Below, in pieces: positions 1 through 13,600 of a DNA stretch of 64,000 bases; the stretch's first letter is position 1, and every line of letters begins with the position of its first letter. Made by a program: the position numbers and the translations under genes. A model generated the notes under the pieces. That model made no database searches and was not told where the DNA came from. It was given only the letters and a program-made list of their open reading frames with translations. The DNA lies in contig OZ024740.1 of the NCBI GenBank assembly GCA_964016885.1, forward strand, positions 384,028,001 to 384,092,000, written 5' to 3'. The stretch comes from Eledone cirrhosa (lineage: Eukaryota).

Positions 1-2063
1 ATACGATGGATATTAACACGTACAATAGCTTCATACGGAAGGAATTACATAGGAAATACAGAAAAAACTAACGAGACGGCACTGATAAACATCAACAACG
101 AGGCACACAACATAGTCAAACACCTAGGAATAGAGGATAGAACGGGGCCACTTCGGCCATGTACCCCCACATTTAATCTCAAGCACCATAAGATAAATGT
201 TGATTATAACGCCACAATTAGACTTATATGCCCGTCCAAATCAGACATTGTGAAAATTAGTAAATATATAATAGACAAAGTAATATCACAAATGAAAAAT
301 AAACTAGTGATTAAACTATGGAGTAACACAACCGAAACAATTAAATGGTTTAACAGTATAGCTAACAAAAAACTATCTAAGTTTATACAATTTGACATTA
401 ACGACTATTACTCCTCTATATCACCCAATACCTTGGATAAACCCTTAACATTCGCCAGAGCCAATTCTGACGTGACAGACGATGTGATAAAAATTATATT
501 AGCTGCTAGGAAAACAATAATTAAATTTGAAAACGCCTATTGGGAACGTAAGGAAAGATTAGATACATTTGACATCACGATGGGGGCTAATGAGTCGGCT
601 GAGGTCACGGTTTTAGTAGGTATTTACATAGCCCATAGTTTACATAAGGGATTTAGCGACCTTCACGGTGTAATCTACAGAGACGACGCCCTTCTTCTAG
701 TTAAGAACCTAAATAACCAGAGCATAGAAAGACTGCGGAAGAATATTAGAAAGGCTCTCGGTAAACTAGGCCTTAGCATATTGTATGAATATAGCACTAA
801 AATGGTTAACTTTCTAGACGCGACGCTTAACCTAAATACAGGACTTATAAGACCTTTTCACAAGAATAATGAAAACTTAGCATACATCAGCTGTAATTCG
901 AACCACCCACTATCCATAGTTAAGTCCGTTCCACGCAGCATATCCCTTAGGATCTCCTGCCTCTCGTCTAACCGACAAATCTTCGAGGAATACGCGTAGT
1001 ACTACAATACCGCAGTAGTTAAGGCAGTCCACCTAGATAGACTAGAATATATACATGAAAGCCTCCGCAAAGCACACACGAATAGGCATAACATAAACTC
1101 CAGAAACACACGCACACACGCATTTACACATAGAACTACCAATTATACTGAAAATAGAAATACAACATCAAAATCAAACAAGTCACGCAGTAAAAAATAT
1201 ATTTGGTATAACCCCATATTTAACACCTCTATTGGTACCAACCTATTTTCTACCTTCTTTAGAATAATAAATGAGCACTTTCCAGATTCACATAGATAGG
1301 GCAAAATCCTTAACACTAAATCTATCAGACTATCTTATTCCACTGCACCAAACATAGAGGCACACATTAAGATGTTTAACGCTAAAAAGAAACGTAACAA
1401 CACCGGAACACAAATGTATAACAATAACAATACAATTACCACCGAACACAACAGACTATCTAATACACAACCACCCACTAGAAGGCAAACAAAACATAAC
1501 GCACTTGTTCAGGCATCGCAGCCCACAAATAATGCCAAAGGTGTCCATGAAAAGAATTGTAATTGCCACCTACCTGAAACCTCTCTATTGCATAATGAAT
1601 GTATGCAGTCTAACCTGGTTTACCAATGCACGGTCGAATCAGACAAACAGAAATGGTATTAAATCGGAGCGACTGGGAATACATTTAAAGCTCGTTGGTA
1701 TACACATCGTTACGCAACGAAACTTTCCCAGAATCCTTATGTAACTATCCTTGCGAACAACACCTGGCAACTGAGGGAAATTAACCATCAATACACCCTG
1801 AAGTGAAAGAAATTATCGAACGCGCCTGCATATCGGAGTGGTATGAGATGCTGTCGGTTATGTGACCTTGAACTGTTCCACAATTTGAGTTCGAATAATA
1901 AGTTACACAACAATAAATTCGAAAGATCAATTTATTGCAACCATAGACTTAAAGGAAAATGTTCGCACTACAAATGCAAATCGAATACTTAACCTCCTAC
2001 TACCACCTGACAAACTGCATATACTTAGACTTTCTACCCTCTTATTGAATCTAACCCCTTTAA
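1..2063 (+). mobile_element. Decayed Penelope-like retroelement (RT + GIY-YIG; Nematis-like CxC..CPL..C linker), cut by the window start
   Basis: ORF 250-999 has RT motifs FIQFDINDYYSSI, TMGANESAE, YRDD, NFLD and SNHP. Broken frames downstream give CNCHLPE..LHNEC and VYQC..WY*IG (GIY-YIG). Several stops; ends at (TA)n. Confidence 0.9.
250..999 (+). pseudogene. PLE reverse transcriptase core fragment
   Basis: QFDI..YYSSI, MGA..S, IYRDD, VNFLD, SNHP; premature TAG at 997-999. Confidence 0.88.
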
Positions 2064-3144
2064 TATATATATATATATGGTAACAGCTTGGTAGAGGATC
2101 CAAGTTCGAAGGGAGAGTTTTCATATAATTAGTAAGGCCCATTACTCCAAAGGAGTCATACAAGTAACGTGAGTTTTGGTGATAGAAGATCGTCCAAGAG
2201 TGTGGGTGATATAGGAATAATAGTCACAGTTATTAAAAATAACGAAGAAAACTCTGAAATGAACATTCTAGTGACTTCTTAGATTCATCGAAAATATTTT
2301 ACTCGCACTGAATCAAAAGAGAATAACGCTACATTTTGAAGCATAGTTTTGTCTGAAAATGACTTTAGTAGCGTTCTTCTCTTTTGATTTTATGTGCCTG
2401 AAGAACAAATCAGTATTAGTGTCAGTATGCTGGATGGCCAGAGTTGTTAGTGTAGTAGATTAATGCTTTGTGTCATTTGTTCTGGTTCGTTATCTAATAA
2501 TTTCAAATTACGTCACGGTCAACTTTGCATTCGGTCCTTCCACGACCGATGAAATAAAGGAACAGCCAATTATTGGCTTCGATACAATAGGCTTTTGCTT
2601 CACCAAAAATTGCAAGTCTTGTTCTTGAATTAGAAAGAATAATTTGTGCGCAAGTGAGGCACGTTGTGCCTATATTACAAATGATACTATTAGAATTTGT
2701 GTTACGCAAAATGATTATCTGGAGGAATTGGCCTAGAACCTCTCAATTTTTATTTAGATTTATATAGTTACATTTGTTTTTTAATGCAAAAATCTCTAGT
2801 CCACGGTAGTTGATTAAACCTCAATTAAGATTGATTAACATAAATGTAACGTCATTTCAGTAGAAGGTAAATGTTATTATGACATTCAACGACCTCAGGA
2901 GACACTGATAATCAGTTTACAGATATTGTTTTAATATTTGTGTTGTTTTGATGATTCAAAAGTAGAATACTCACCTGCTACAAATCAAACCAGGTGCAAT
3001 ACTTGTTCAACCGTAACTTCTATATTTGCTGATGCTGCATCAGCATGGCATCATTTCTAGAAACAGTGAACGAGTAAAGAATATTCATTATTTTTCAAAT
3101 GAATCAAAAGAACTCTCGTTTTAATCATAATCTTCGCCGGCCTC

Positions 3145-3420
3145 GTCATCATCATCATCATCATTATCATCACCGCAATCTTCATCATTACAAGCATTAT
3201 AAGCATTATCTCCATTATCATCATAATACCCACTGCCATCGTTATTAGCGCAGCAAACTCCATCATCATCATCATCGTCGTTGTCTCGTCATCATCATCC
3301 TCCTCCTCATCATCATCATCCTCAACATCATCCACGTCGTCATCGTCATCCTCATCCTCCTCCTCCTCCTCCTCCTCCTCCTCCTCCTCATCATCATCAT
3401 CCTCGTTGTCATCGTCATCA
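3145..3420. repeat. Degenerate (CAT/CCT)n trinucleotide microsatellite
   Basis: Runs of catcatcat and cctcctcct; explains ORF 3057-3335. Confidence 0.9.
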
Positions 3421-4489
3421 CCCCGACTAAAGCTGCCATCACCCCAAATAAGTCATATGTTTATGTTGCTCGTTTTGTCGAGTACTAGCTGATTTTTTAG
3501 CTGTCCTAAAATTGTATTTCTTTCGATCGTTATTTCATTTAAGCAATCATAGTTAGATATAGTTATGTTGGTTCACTGTTTTCAGAGTTGATTATTTCAT
3601 GATGTTTCTACCGCTTCTGTTTATGCTGGAATTTAATTCTGATGGGAAAATAAAGATATTGAAAACAACAAATATTGACATGCCAATACGTCTAGATATT
3701 TAACAAATTAGTTTTGTTAATTATCTAAAAAAATGAATGAATATACAAAGGAAACTTGGACATAAAACCTAAGCAATAATTATGGATGTAAAGTGAACTC
3801 ATGGAAAGAGTACTAACGTAAATTTGCACACTTTAATATTCCTACACATCACAATATATCTAAAATATATATAAAATGTCCATAGAGTTAATAAATGTAT
3901 GGATATTTTATACGTAGGCATACATTGTCTAACTTTACGTTAATATTTCTCCCCTGCTTCCTCTTTACCCTCATAATATTTGCCTAGATTATATATCCTC
4001 GTTTTGTTAGATCATCCTTAAGTGAGAGAAATAAAGAGAGGGTGGAGGGGGGGGGGGGGGGGGGGGGTTAGAATGTAGAGAGAGAACAAAAAAGAATAAA
4101 AAGAAGGTAGAGATAAGTTAAGGCAAATAAAAACAGAATAGTTTATCGACATAAACTGTGTAGCGATATATATATATATGATTATATCAACAGTAGACAA
4201 CGCAAAGAGACTCAATGTTACATACGACAAAGAAACAATTGCATCTGTACCTCGTCATCCTCCCGTTGTCATGCGATTTCACACATTAAGTAGAGACAGC
4301 ACTTGTGATGCTAATTTGCACAACCAGTTGAAAGACTGCTCGGTTGGTTAGGCGCATATCAGACAACACCACAACAAAGACTGCACACACATAGTTACAC
4401 GTGTCTTATGACAAAACAGAGATAACTACATAAGAAACATTACAGCTAAAAATGTATAGATAATAACATTAAGACTGAATCAATAAACG

Positions 4490-4514
4490 CTCTCTCTCTA
4501 TATATATCTCTCTC

Positions 4515-4569
<55 letters not shown>

Positions 4570-4637
4570 CTCTCTCTCACTCTCTCTCACACACACACAC
4601 ACACATACACGCACACACACATACACACACACACACA

Positions 4638-4706
<69 letters not shown>
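4490..4706. repeat. Compound (CT)n/(TATC)n/(CA)n/(TA)n microsatellite
   Basis: Seen directly in the sequence. Confidence 0.95.
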
Positions 4707-6370
4707 GATCTGGAAGCTTTAGCTGGACAGGACCCCGTACTTTCTGGCCTGGTCCATAATCAGGAATGTACCACCCGATAAAGTGGGATCTTGCATATGC
4801 AAACTATGTATGAATGAGACCCTCGAGATACTAAGAGGTGGAACCGGCCTGATAAACCTCAGAACCGATTTCTTCGGGACATGCAGACAGCTCAGGGCCG
4901 GGGCCTCCTCAAGATATATGGACAGTAGCAACACAATAAGATGTGAACTCCCCTCAAGATATAGGGACTTCGCCAGAATATGTAGACACCTCTCGGCCAG
5001 ACATCCCTCAAGCTATATGGGCAGAAACAACACCATAGGTTGGGAACTCCCCTCAAGCCATAGGGACCAACCCAGGCTGATCAGACACCTTGATAGCCTA
5101 GAGATTGATTCTGACACAGCCTTTGGCCAACATCTTTATAACACACACACATTTTAATTTACTTGATTTTTCATTTTTCATTTTTGATTTCGCATTATTC
5201 ATTTGTTATTTGTTTTCTGTTTGCTTCACTTTATCACATTATATTTATATTTAAGTTGAGATTGGTTATAACACACACACATTTTATTTGATTATCCTAT
5301 TTCGTTTTATTCTTTTACCATCTCGTCCCTCCTACCACTCTATCCAACATATTTATGACCTTGAGATTGGTTATAGCACACACACATTTTATCTTATTTT
5401 ATTTGAATCTTCATTTTTATCTTTCACTTTTCATTTTCAGTTTTCCTTTTCCATATCCATTTTCCATTACTTTTTCATTAATTGTTCATTAATTTTTCAT
5501 TTATTCTCCATTTATTATTTGTTTTAGTTTTCTTCATTTTATTGCCTTCTATTTCTTCATATACATGGCAGAACCCCCCTCCTCCACCACCACCACGGGA
5601 GATGGTGGCAGGAGGGATGAAGTAACACACACACAGATACTTCTAAATTGTCAGCAGTAGTAAGACATAAGCTGACCACAACACCAACAACACTACCAAA
5701 ATAAGGGTAGAGGTCAGATGCACTTAACAATAGAACACACAAACACTACAGGGAGCCTCACCCCAGAAAGAATTTCTATAGACTTTGGACTGAGGAATGC
5801 CCTCAAAACTGACAAATGGAAAGTTTGACCTTACATATCGTTATAACATTGAGATGGGTATAACACACACACACATTTTATTCGATTATTTTATTTTATG
5901 TTGTTCTTTTACCATCTTATTCCTTCTACCACTTTATCACTTTTTTTAGCTGACTCCAACAACAACACCACTACCAAAATAAGAATAGGGGTTAGATGTA
6001 CCTAACAACAACAAGAACAACAACTACAGATTGGCTTGCCTCAGAACGAATTTCTATAGACTTTTGACTGAGGAATGTTCTAACAACTGACACATGAGAG
6101 GAGAAGAGGCCCTTTGACGCTGAAATTCGTTTGTTTAAATTCATATGATTCCAGTTCCTCAATGAAATAACAACCCAACCAGGAACTGGGCATATCAGAG
6201 TATTGACAAAGTTATACACCTCAACAACATGTGTACTCGTCTCTACCACACTAATTCGGACTGCCTGAAGTGGTCACAGCCAAAATGGCTGTCACCGAAA
6301 TATATAAAGCAGTAATAAACAAAGCCAAATTTTAAACATTTGACTTATTTATTTTATTTTTATAATTGTT
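4707..6370 (+). mobile_element. Non-coding, internally repetitive segment ending in an HHR-like motif; probable PLE 3' UTR/pLTR remnant
   Basis: Bounded by (TA)n on both sides. Repeated motifs GAGATTGGTTATA..CACACACATTTTA (about 4x) and AACACTACCAAAATAAG..GAATTTCTATAGACTTT (2x). HHR-like motif at 6260. Confidence 0.55.
6260..6313 (+). ncRNA. Degenerate type I hammerhead-like motif (core CUGAAGU)
   Basis: ACTGC-CTGAAGT-GGTCACAGCC aaaat GGCTGTCACC-GAAATATATA-aa-GCAGT. Confidence 0.5.
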
Positions 6371-6475
6371 TATATATATATATATATATGCTGCATAAGC
6401 AACAACCATTATATATATATATATAAAGAATGAATAATAACAGGTAGACATCATAAAAAGGTAATTTATTCCGTG

Positions 6476-6587
6476 TGCTTACAAGTGTTTCCACGGTGGT
6501 ACTGCAGCCTAGTTCCGCTACGTGCAAATTCACAAGTATTTACAGAACTCGAATATCCAATGCTGTGACCACTGTTTCCTCAGAGCA
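6476..6587 (-). ncRNA. Type I hammerhead ribozyme with long stem II
   Basis: Minus strand: TGCT-CTGAGGA-aaCAGTGGT..long insert..ACCACCGTG-GAAAC-actt-GTA-AGCA; GUA cleavage triplet. Confidence 0.75.
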
Positions 6588-7076
6588 GAATGGTAAATGT
6601 ACAATCTAAAAACCCTTAAGTGGGGTTGTTGGGGAAGATAGAGTGGAACAGGAAGAGAGAAAAGTAGGGAAGAAGGAGAGAGAAGGAAAGATATGCAGGG
6701 GTTGGAGAAGTAGGAGAGAGTGGCTTGTAGATATCTTAATCAAAATGTTATGGTAGGGGTTTTATTAGTTACTTTTGGAGAGATGCGTAGATAGTTGAGG
6801 TCGGAATTATTTATTGCCCCAGAGGGCAGGTTCATAGATGTTGAGAGGGAGGTAGGTCAAAGGTGAGAGAGAGTGTAATGGATGTAGAGAGAGATATATA
6901 GGTAGAGAGGGGACAGATAAAGTATATGTGGTGAGTGAACTTTTGGTTTTGTAGTAGTAATCTAGGAATTGTACTGAGTTACCATGTATAGTGATAAGCA
7001 GTGTATTGTCTTGTAGTGTGGGGGAGAAGAGAAGGTTGTTAGCTAGAAAGTGGTGTTGTAGTTACGGGTTCGAATG

Positions 7077-7751
7077 TTAAGTTATTTTATAGTGAGAGAA
7101 TTTAGCTTTTAGTTTGTGGTTGCAGTATAATGATCGTTCAATTCTATCGTTAAGTAGTTTGTTTTTGTATTTTAGTATGTAAAATAGCTCAACGTTACAT
7201 AACCTGCAGTATTTCGATCCACTCCGATATGCATTTGCGCTGGAAAGTATATCCCATTTTAAGGTGAACTGTTGGTTGTGTTCACGGAGTTGCCAGGTCT
7301 TGTTGGCGAGCGTGGTCACAAAGCGGTGATTCGGATGTTTGATTGAGAATCGATGACGGTACCAGCGAGATTTAAACGATGTGGTGGTAGATCCGATATA
7401 ATACCATTTCTGGTCGTTCGATTCAACCGTGCATTGGTAAACAATGTTGGACTTTAGGCATTCATTCTGCAATGGACATCTTTCAGGTAGATGGCAGTTA
7501 CATTCTTTGTTGTGGGTAGCGCGTATACCATGGATAGGTTGTGATAACGGTACAGGTGGGTTGTGCAATACCCGTCTCCCATTTAGTGGTTGGGAGGCAG
7601 ATATTGCGTTCTGCCCATCTGTTACTAAAATGTTTTGTTTTGTAGAGTTGTTTAATTGCCTTAAGTTAAGTTTTTTTATGTATGCTTCAAGGTTTGGTGC
7701 CGTGGAGTATGATAGGCTGCAGTACCACCGTGGAAACACTTGTAAGCACAC
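7077..7751 (-). pseudogene. PLE GIY-YIG endonuclease domain (open frame, 5' end chimeric)
   Basis: IVY..YYIG, conserved R/H/E residues and CRLC; the first ~12 codons come from the inverted pLTR. Confidence 0.85.
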
Positions 7752-7940
7752 GGAATAAATTACCTTTTTATGATGTCTACCTGTTATTATTCATTCTTTA
7801 TATACACTCCGGAATACTGAAGGACCAGGAACTAAGTTTCTTGAACAATTCTTCCATAACTCGTAGAGTAACCTCTTACCGTACGTCAACCATATCCAGT
7901 GTAGTAATTAACCATCACTACATCTTGTATAATCCTATAC

Positions 7941-7982
<42 letters not shown>

Positions 7983-7989
7983 AATATAA

Positions 7990-8322
<333 letters not shown>

Positions 8323-8324
<2 letters not shown>

Positions 8325-8513
8325 CGAAGGAAATGTGGTAAGGAACCAGGTGGACCATAACGCACCAAAGTACTCAATACTTGAGGTAGTAGAGTGGGTA
8401 ATAGGAACCAGTAAGACCCCGACAGCTGAGCTCAAGCCGTTTCGACGGCTAATTCTGAGTCCAGAATTAGCCGTCGAAACGGCTTGAGCTCAGCTGTCGG
8501 GGTCTTACTGGTT

Positions 8514-8518
<5 letters not shown>
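8323..8518. mobile_element. Palindromic mini-insertion of a PLE pLTR (57-bp perfect arms 8401-8457 and 8462-8518, plus tail)
   Basis: Arms contain the HHR 3' half GAAACGGC-ttgagctca-GCTGTC-GGGGTC. Same family at 30367-30549 and 63562-64000. Flanked by (TA)n. Confidence 0.8.
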
Positions 8519-8557
<39 letters not shown>

Positions 8558-8734
8558 GTTCAAGAGTAACAAATCTTAAAGAGAGAGATGGAGATAGGAG
8601 AGGAGATAGGAGGGGAGAGATTGGTGAATTAGTTAGAAGCCAAAGCGTAAAGGCATGTGCTCAAAGTGAAATATGCAGTGGAAAGCAGCTAGGTGGCTGG
8701 GTTCATGCAGAAGTTAGGCGCACAGAGCTGGAAA

Positions 8735-8985
8735 TATTTATTAGTTAAGCAAAGCAAGACCGCAAATACCACAAGGAAGACATTATTAAATGATTGGCAA
8801 CATATTATTTTAATTTATATTCCTTTGACGTTCCGATGTGCCGCTCTATGTTTAACTATGATAATTATTTTCAACTGAACCAGATCAATAATGATATATA
8901 GTCATTTGATCCAAAAATATTGTATGAAGTAGCGAAACAATTGTAAACGGACATTATTATTATTAATATTATTATTATTATAATA
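8735..8985 (+). mobile_element. pLTR fragment with degenerate HHR (8829-8949, core CCGAUGU) and inverted tail; relative at 41895-42135
   Basis: CGTT-CCGATGT-GC..long..AGTAGC-GAAACAATTGTA-AACG. 8735-8815 matches the reverse complement of 42060-42135. Confidence 0.6.
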
Positions 8986-9029
8986 AGACCCTTATTAGTA
9001 ATAAGACCCTTATTAGTAGTGAGACCCAT

Positions 9030-10480
9030 ATACATATAATTCATTTTGAAGTCTGACTCTTCTTATAGATTGTCCAGGTGTGGCACTCCATATTAGATTG
9101 TAATCATCATGATATGAACTCCTTTAGTACTTATTAATAGACTCCACTCTAATTTGTAGATAAGAAACATAATTTAATTTATATATGAGATGGGGTTTAT
9201 GTATTGCTCGATGGCCAGACTAGTGTCTTTGTATGAGAGAATTGATCTCCGGACCACCCTGGAGATATTCAAAATTGCCAAGGATTCAGACATACAATAC
9301 CCAGAGCTTACCGGGAGTCATATATAATAGTAGGACCATGCCAGGTCCTGCGGGTGGAATACACTTACAAAGAACATTGATTTGGAGGTCTGACTCTTCT
9401 TATAGAATGTTCAGATATGATACCCCTTAATAGAAGGTAATCATCCTGATATATACACCTTTAGTACTTCTTAATAGACAACACTGTAACCTATAGATAA
9501 GTAACATAATCTAGAAATTAGTTATAACATCATATGATAGGCACTTATTTGAAGCACCATTAATTTAATTTAGGATAATAAATTTAACTAAGAAAACCAG
9601 CTAGTCTATGTGGTCTATATATTGCGTCTCATGGATTATGTGAGTGGTGGTGTGCGCGAAGACAGTGGTACTGTTTTGTCTACGCTATAATATGTTTTAT
9701 AATATGTTTGATATTTTTGATATTTTGTTGTTTCTATACATTCGGGATTGTATATCATACAGGTGTATGCGAAAAAATGATTTAACAATTCAGCCCACAT
9801 AATACTATCGATTGCCTGCTTCAACTCCCTGACCCTGCAAGTAACAATCTGCCGCACTCTAATACTGTATAAATAAGACACGCGTGCATGCTACACGTGA
9901 GATTGTTTCATACACTGACTACTCTAAACTTTCCTCTTGCGTTATCTTCATAAACTGCCAGTTTCATTTTTATTTTTATTTTTATTTTTATTTTTATTTT
10001 TATTTTTATTTTTATTTTTTTTTTTTTTTTTTTATTTTTTTTTTTTTTTATTTTTTTTTTTTTTTTTTTATCTTTATTTTTATTTTTATTCTTATTTTTA
10101 TTTTTATTTTTATTTTTATTTTTATTTTTATTTTTATTTTTATTTTTATTTTTATTTTTATTTTTATTTTTATTTTTATTTTTATTTTTATTTTTATTTT
10201 TATTTTTATTTTTATTTTTATTTTTATTTTTATTTTTATTTTTATTTTTATTTTTATCCTTTAACCTTTATATGTAAATTGCCATGCTATATCATTTTGA
10301 TGGATGTCATCCCACTGTGGGTCAATATATGCATATGTTTTTATATGTCTCTTGTGTTGAAAAGGAGGTCAAGTATGTTATAGATCACTAAATAGTTGCT
10401 CCGAAGAATCCAAACCTCGGTCTGGAGGAAACAATTGTAAGCAAATAAATGATTTAAACTGAACTTTGATTATTGTAATC
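9030..10480 (+). mobile_element. Probable PLE 3' UTR remnant with diverged internal duplication, (TTTTTA)n tract and terminal HHR
   Basis: 9045-9175 resembles 9381-9510; (TTTTTA)n at 9968-10257; HHR at 10396-10444. Confidence 0.55.
10396..10444 (+). ncRNA. Type I hammerhead, U4C core variant
   Basis: TTGCT-CCGAAGA-aTCCAaACC tc GGTcTGGAg-GAAACAATTGTA-AGCAA; palindromic stem III. Confidence 0.7.
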
Positions 10481-10490
10481 TATCTATCTA

Positions 10491-10558
<68 letters not shown>

Positions 10559-10578
10559 TACCTACACACATACACACA

Positions 10579-10615
<37 letters not shown>

Positions 10616-10619
10616 TACA

Positions 10620-13600
10620 TATTATCCATATTACAATGGAAAAACAATACTTGGGAATTTCTTTAAAGAATATACAAATACCTTCTTAGGATGAATTCTT
10701 ACTTCTTATGATACAAAAAAAAAACAACCAATTCATCAAAAGGGTCAGATGGAGGGCCTACCACTTTGATAAAAAAACAAAATGTACTGATAAGAAATAT
10801 TTATATGATTTCACTACTTATAAGAACCCACCACACAACTCCTTGCTTGAAAACTTCGAGAAAGACCTTTTTAACTTAATCAAACACCTCAAATTTAAGA
10901 AATATAAATCTAATTTTCAAAAGGATCTTGATTTTACCCTACTGGATCTAAAAAAATCTAACAAAATCCATGTCTACTCTGACAAAACTGGAAATATGTG
11001 CCACATGGATAAAAACTCAGGAAAAATTATTTAAAAAAATAAATAATGCGGCACTTACTAATATCAACAACAAAACACAACATAGTAAATAAATTCAATA
11101 TTGAAGATAGAACTGAACCTTTGGCACTGAAAAAGCCACACTTTAACCTGAAAGATCACAAATCTAATTTTAAATCTAATCCTTCTATAAGACTTATATG
11201 CCCTTCCGAATCTGACATTGGCATTATTAGTAAACAAATTTTAGATAGTGTCATTCCACAATTAAGAAAACATGTTAATTTACTACTCTGGAAAAATACA
11301 TTTCAGGTAATTAACAGGCTTACTAATATTAGAAAATATCATCTGCTTCATTTCTACAATTCGATATAGATGCTTATTACCCTCTATATCACCCATACTC
11401 CTGAACAAAGCCTTGATATTTGCCAAAAATAGATCAAACTTAACTATGGATGACATTAATATTATCACGCACGCTAGACAAACACTACTGGAATTTCAGA
11501 AGGAATACTGGACCAGAAATACATATAGTAATCTATTCGACATTACTATGGGCTCTAGTGATTCTTCCCAAATTACTGATCTTGTGGGCCTCTTTCTTCT
11601 ATTTAACATAAATGCTTCTTTTCTCCCACCTTAAAGGTGGTTTATATCGTGATGACTGTCTTCTTCTTTCCACTAACCTTAGCCTATCAGAAATTGAAAA
11701 AAATAATAAAACTTATTAGAACTTTCCTCAAAGACTATAATAGTCTCAATATTACATTTGAAAACACCAGTAAAGTAGTTAATTTCCTTGATATAACTTT
11801 AGACTTATCTACGGGTATCTACCAACCTTACCATAAACCTAACCAAAACTTACATTACATACACTCACAATCCAATCATCCTAGACCTATCCTTAAAAAC
11901 CTAGCATATAATATCTCACTTAGAATTTCTAACCTTTCATCTAACCAGGATGTGTTCGATAAAAATGCGACCTTTTATAACGATGCTTTAGCTAGAAGCG
12001 GCCACAAAAACAAATTAGTCTATATACCTTGTACCAATAATACTACAAACATACAACCCAATATTACCAACAAACACCAAATGAAAAATACACACCTAAA
12101 TGTCACTCACAATATACCCAAAAATACCAACTTAAAACTTAATTTCTCTACCTCTTCTCACATACAATATAATAACTTTCAAAAAACCATTCATCCTAAT
12201 ACTCCAATATATGTTAATAACATTACTAACAAAATTCCTAATAATCAGACTAAAACACCTAAATCAGTTAATCTAACTAAACATATGTATAATAAATTCA
12301 CTAATACTAACTCTCTTAGTAAACATTAGGATACATCGTATAAAAATAAAAAAAACAGCATCGAAACCGTAAGAGACGAGTTACTTGGTATAATGCTCCA
12401 TTTAATCTACAAATTAAACATAATATCCCTAAAAAATGTGTCACTATCCTAGAGAAAAACTTCCCCCCAAACTGTAAATACCATCAAATTTCAAATAGAT
12501 CAACGGTCAATTTTCCTAATCCACTTCCAAAAATATACAACAAAATATAAGTGCCTACAATGCATATAAATGTAAAAAAAAAATATGAATATACCACCAA
12601 CACATCAAACTAACCATAATAAACCGCAGCAAACCACTATCTCCTTCACATACAACAAGTCGAGTAAATTCCACACCTAATTTGACTAACTCCCCTGAAA
12701 TAATATTCACGAATGGTTGTAACTGTAGAAACAAAGCAAATTGCCCATTAAAAGGAAATTGCCTTATTAATAACATAGTATAAACATGTAAAATTAGCAC
12801 TTGACTCAACTTATTCATATATAGGAGCTACTTCTAAACAATTTAAAGTAAGATTTAATATCCACAAATACAGTTTTAAAAATACCGCATTAGCTAATAC
12901 AACATCCTTGGCTGAAATAATTAATAATTATAGAAAAAGTATATCGATTATAACCTGACCTGGAGTGTGCTCAAAAGGGCCACCCCTTATCAAAATAACA
13001 GATATGAGTGTAGATTATGTTCCCAGGAACATTTTGAAATAATGAAATCTAAGGATATCCTATTAGATAAACGATAGGAATTAATTATATCGTGCAATCA
13101 TAGAATTAGAAGAACTTTCAAATATTATAAACCTAATTAATATACACCTTACACTTATATTTTACAAATTATTATAATTAGTTTTATTAATTTAGTTAAC
13201 CTATAATTAGTATTTTACTACTGAGGATTCATAATTTTATTTCCCTTTTACAGCTATCTTTTCCAAAATTAATACCTATAAGTATACATATAAACTATTT
13301 TAATTTCCTGTTATGAATCTAAATTCTTTGTAGTCTATATAAGTTTGTTATTTCTCACTAATACATTTATCCCCCCAAATTTGTTTTCCTTCGTTTTTAA
13401 CAACATTCTTTAATAACATCTAACTCTTAATTATCACATCTATATGAATTAATATAAATTTATCCCTATAAGTATACCTATCAATTAAATTAATTTAATT
13501 TCTTTTTATAGATGTAAATTCCTTATCTTTTAAATAAGATTGGTATATCTCACTAACACATTTATCCTAAAATTTTATTCTCCTTCGATTTTAAAATTAG

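Larger units (their letters stand above)
6424..7945 (-). mobile_element. 5'-truncated PLE (GIY-YIG, 3' UTR and HHR pLTR) with inverted tail-bearing pLTR at 7714-7945
   Basis: ORF 7077-7751: CNCHLPERCPLQNEC, IVYQC..WYYIGST..FKSRW, CRLC. 6424-6511 is an inverted repeat of 7714-7801. Confidence 0.9.

Noticed and set aside
4783-5157. 124-aa ORF
   Set aside because: No recognisable domain; lies in a repetitive non-coding element.
8401-8518. Palindromes as MITEs, CRISPR repeats or terminators
   Set aside because: No spacer array or discernible TSD; explained as inverted halves of a PLE ribozyme terminus. The context is eukaryotic.
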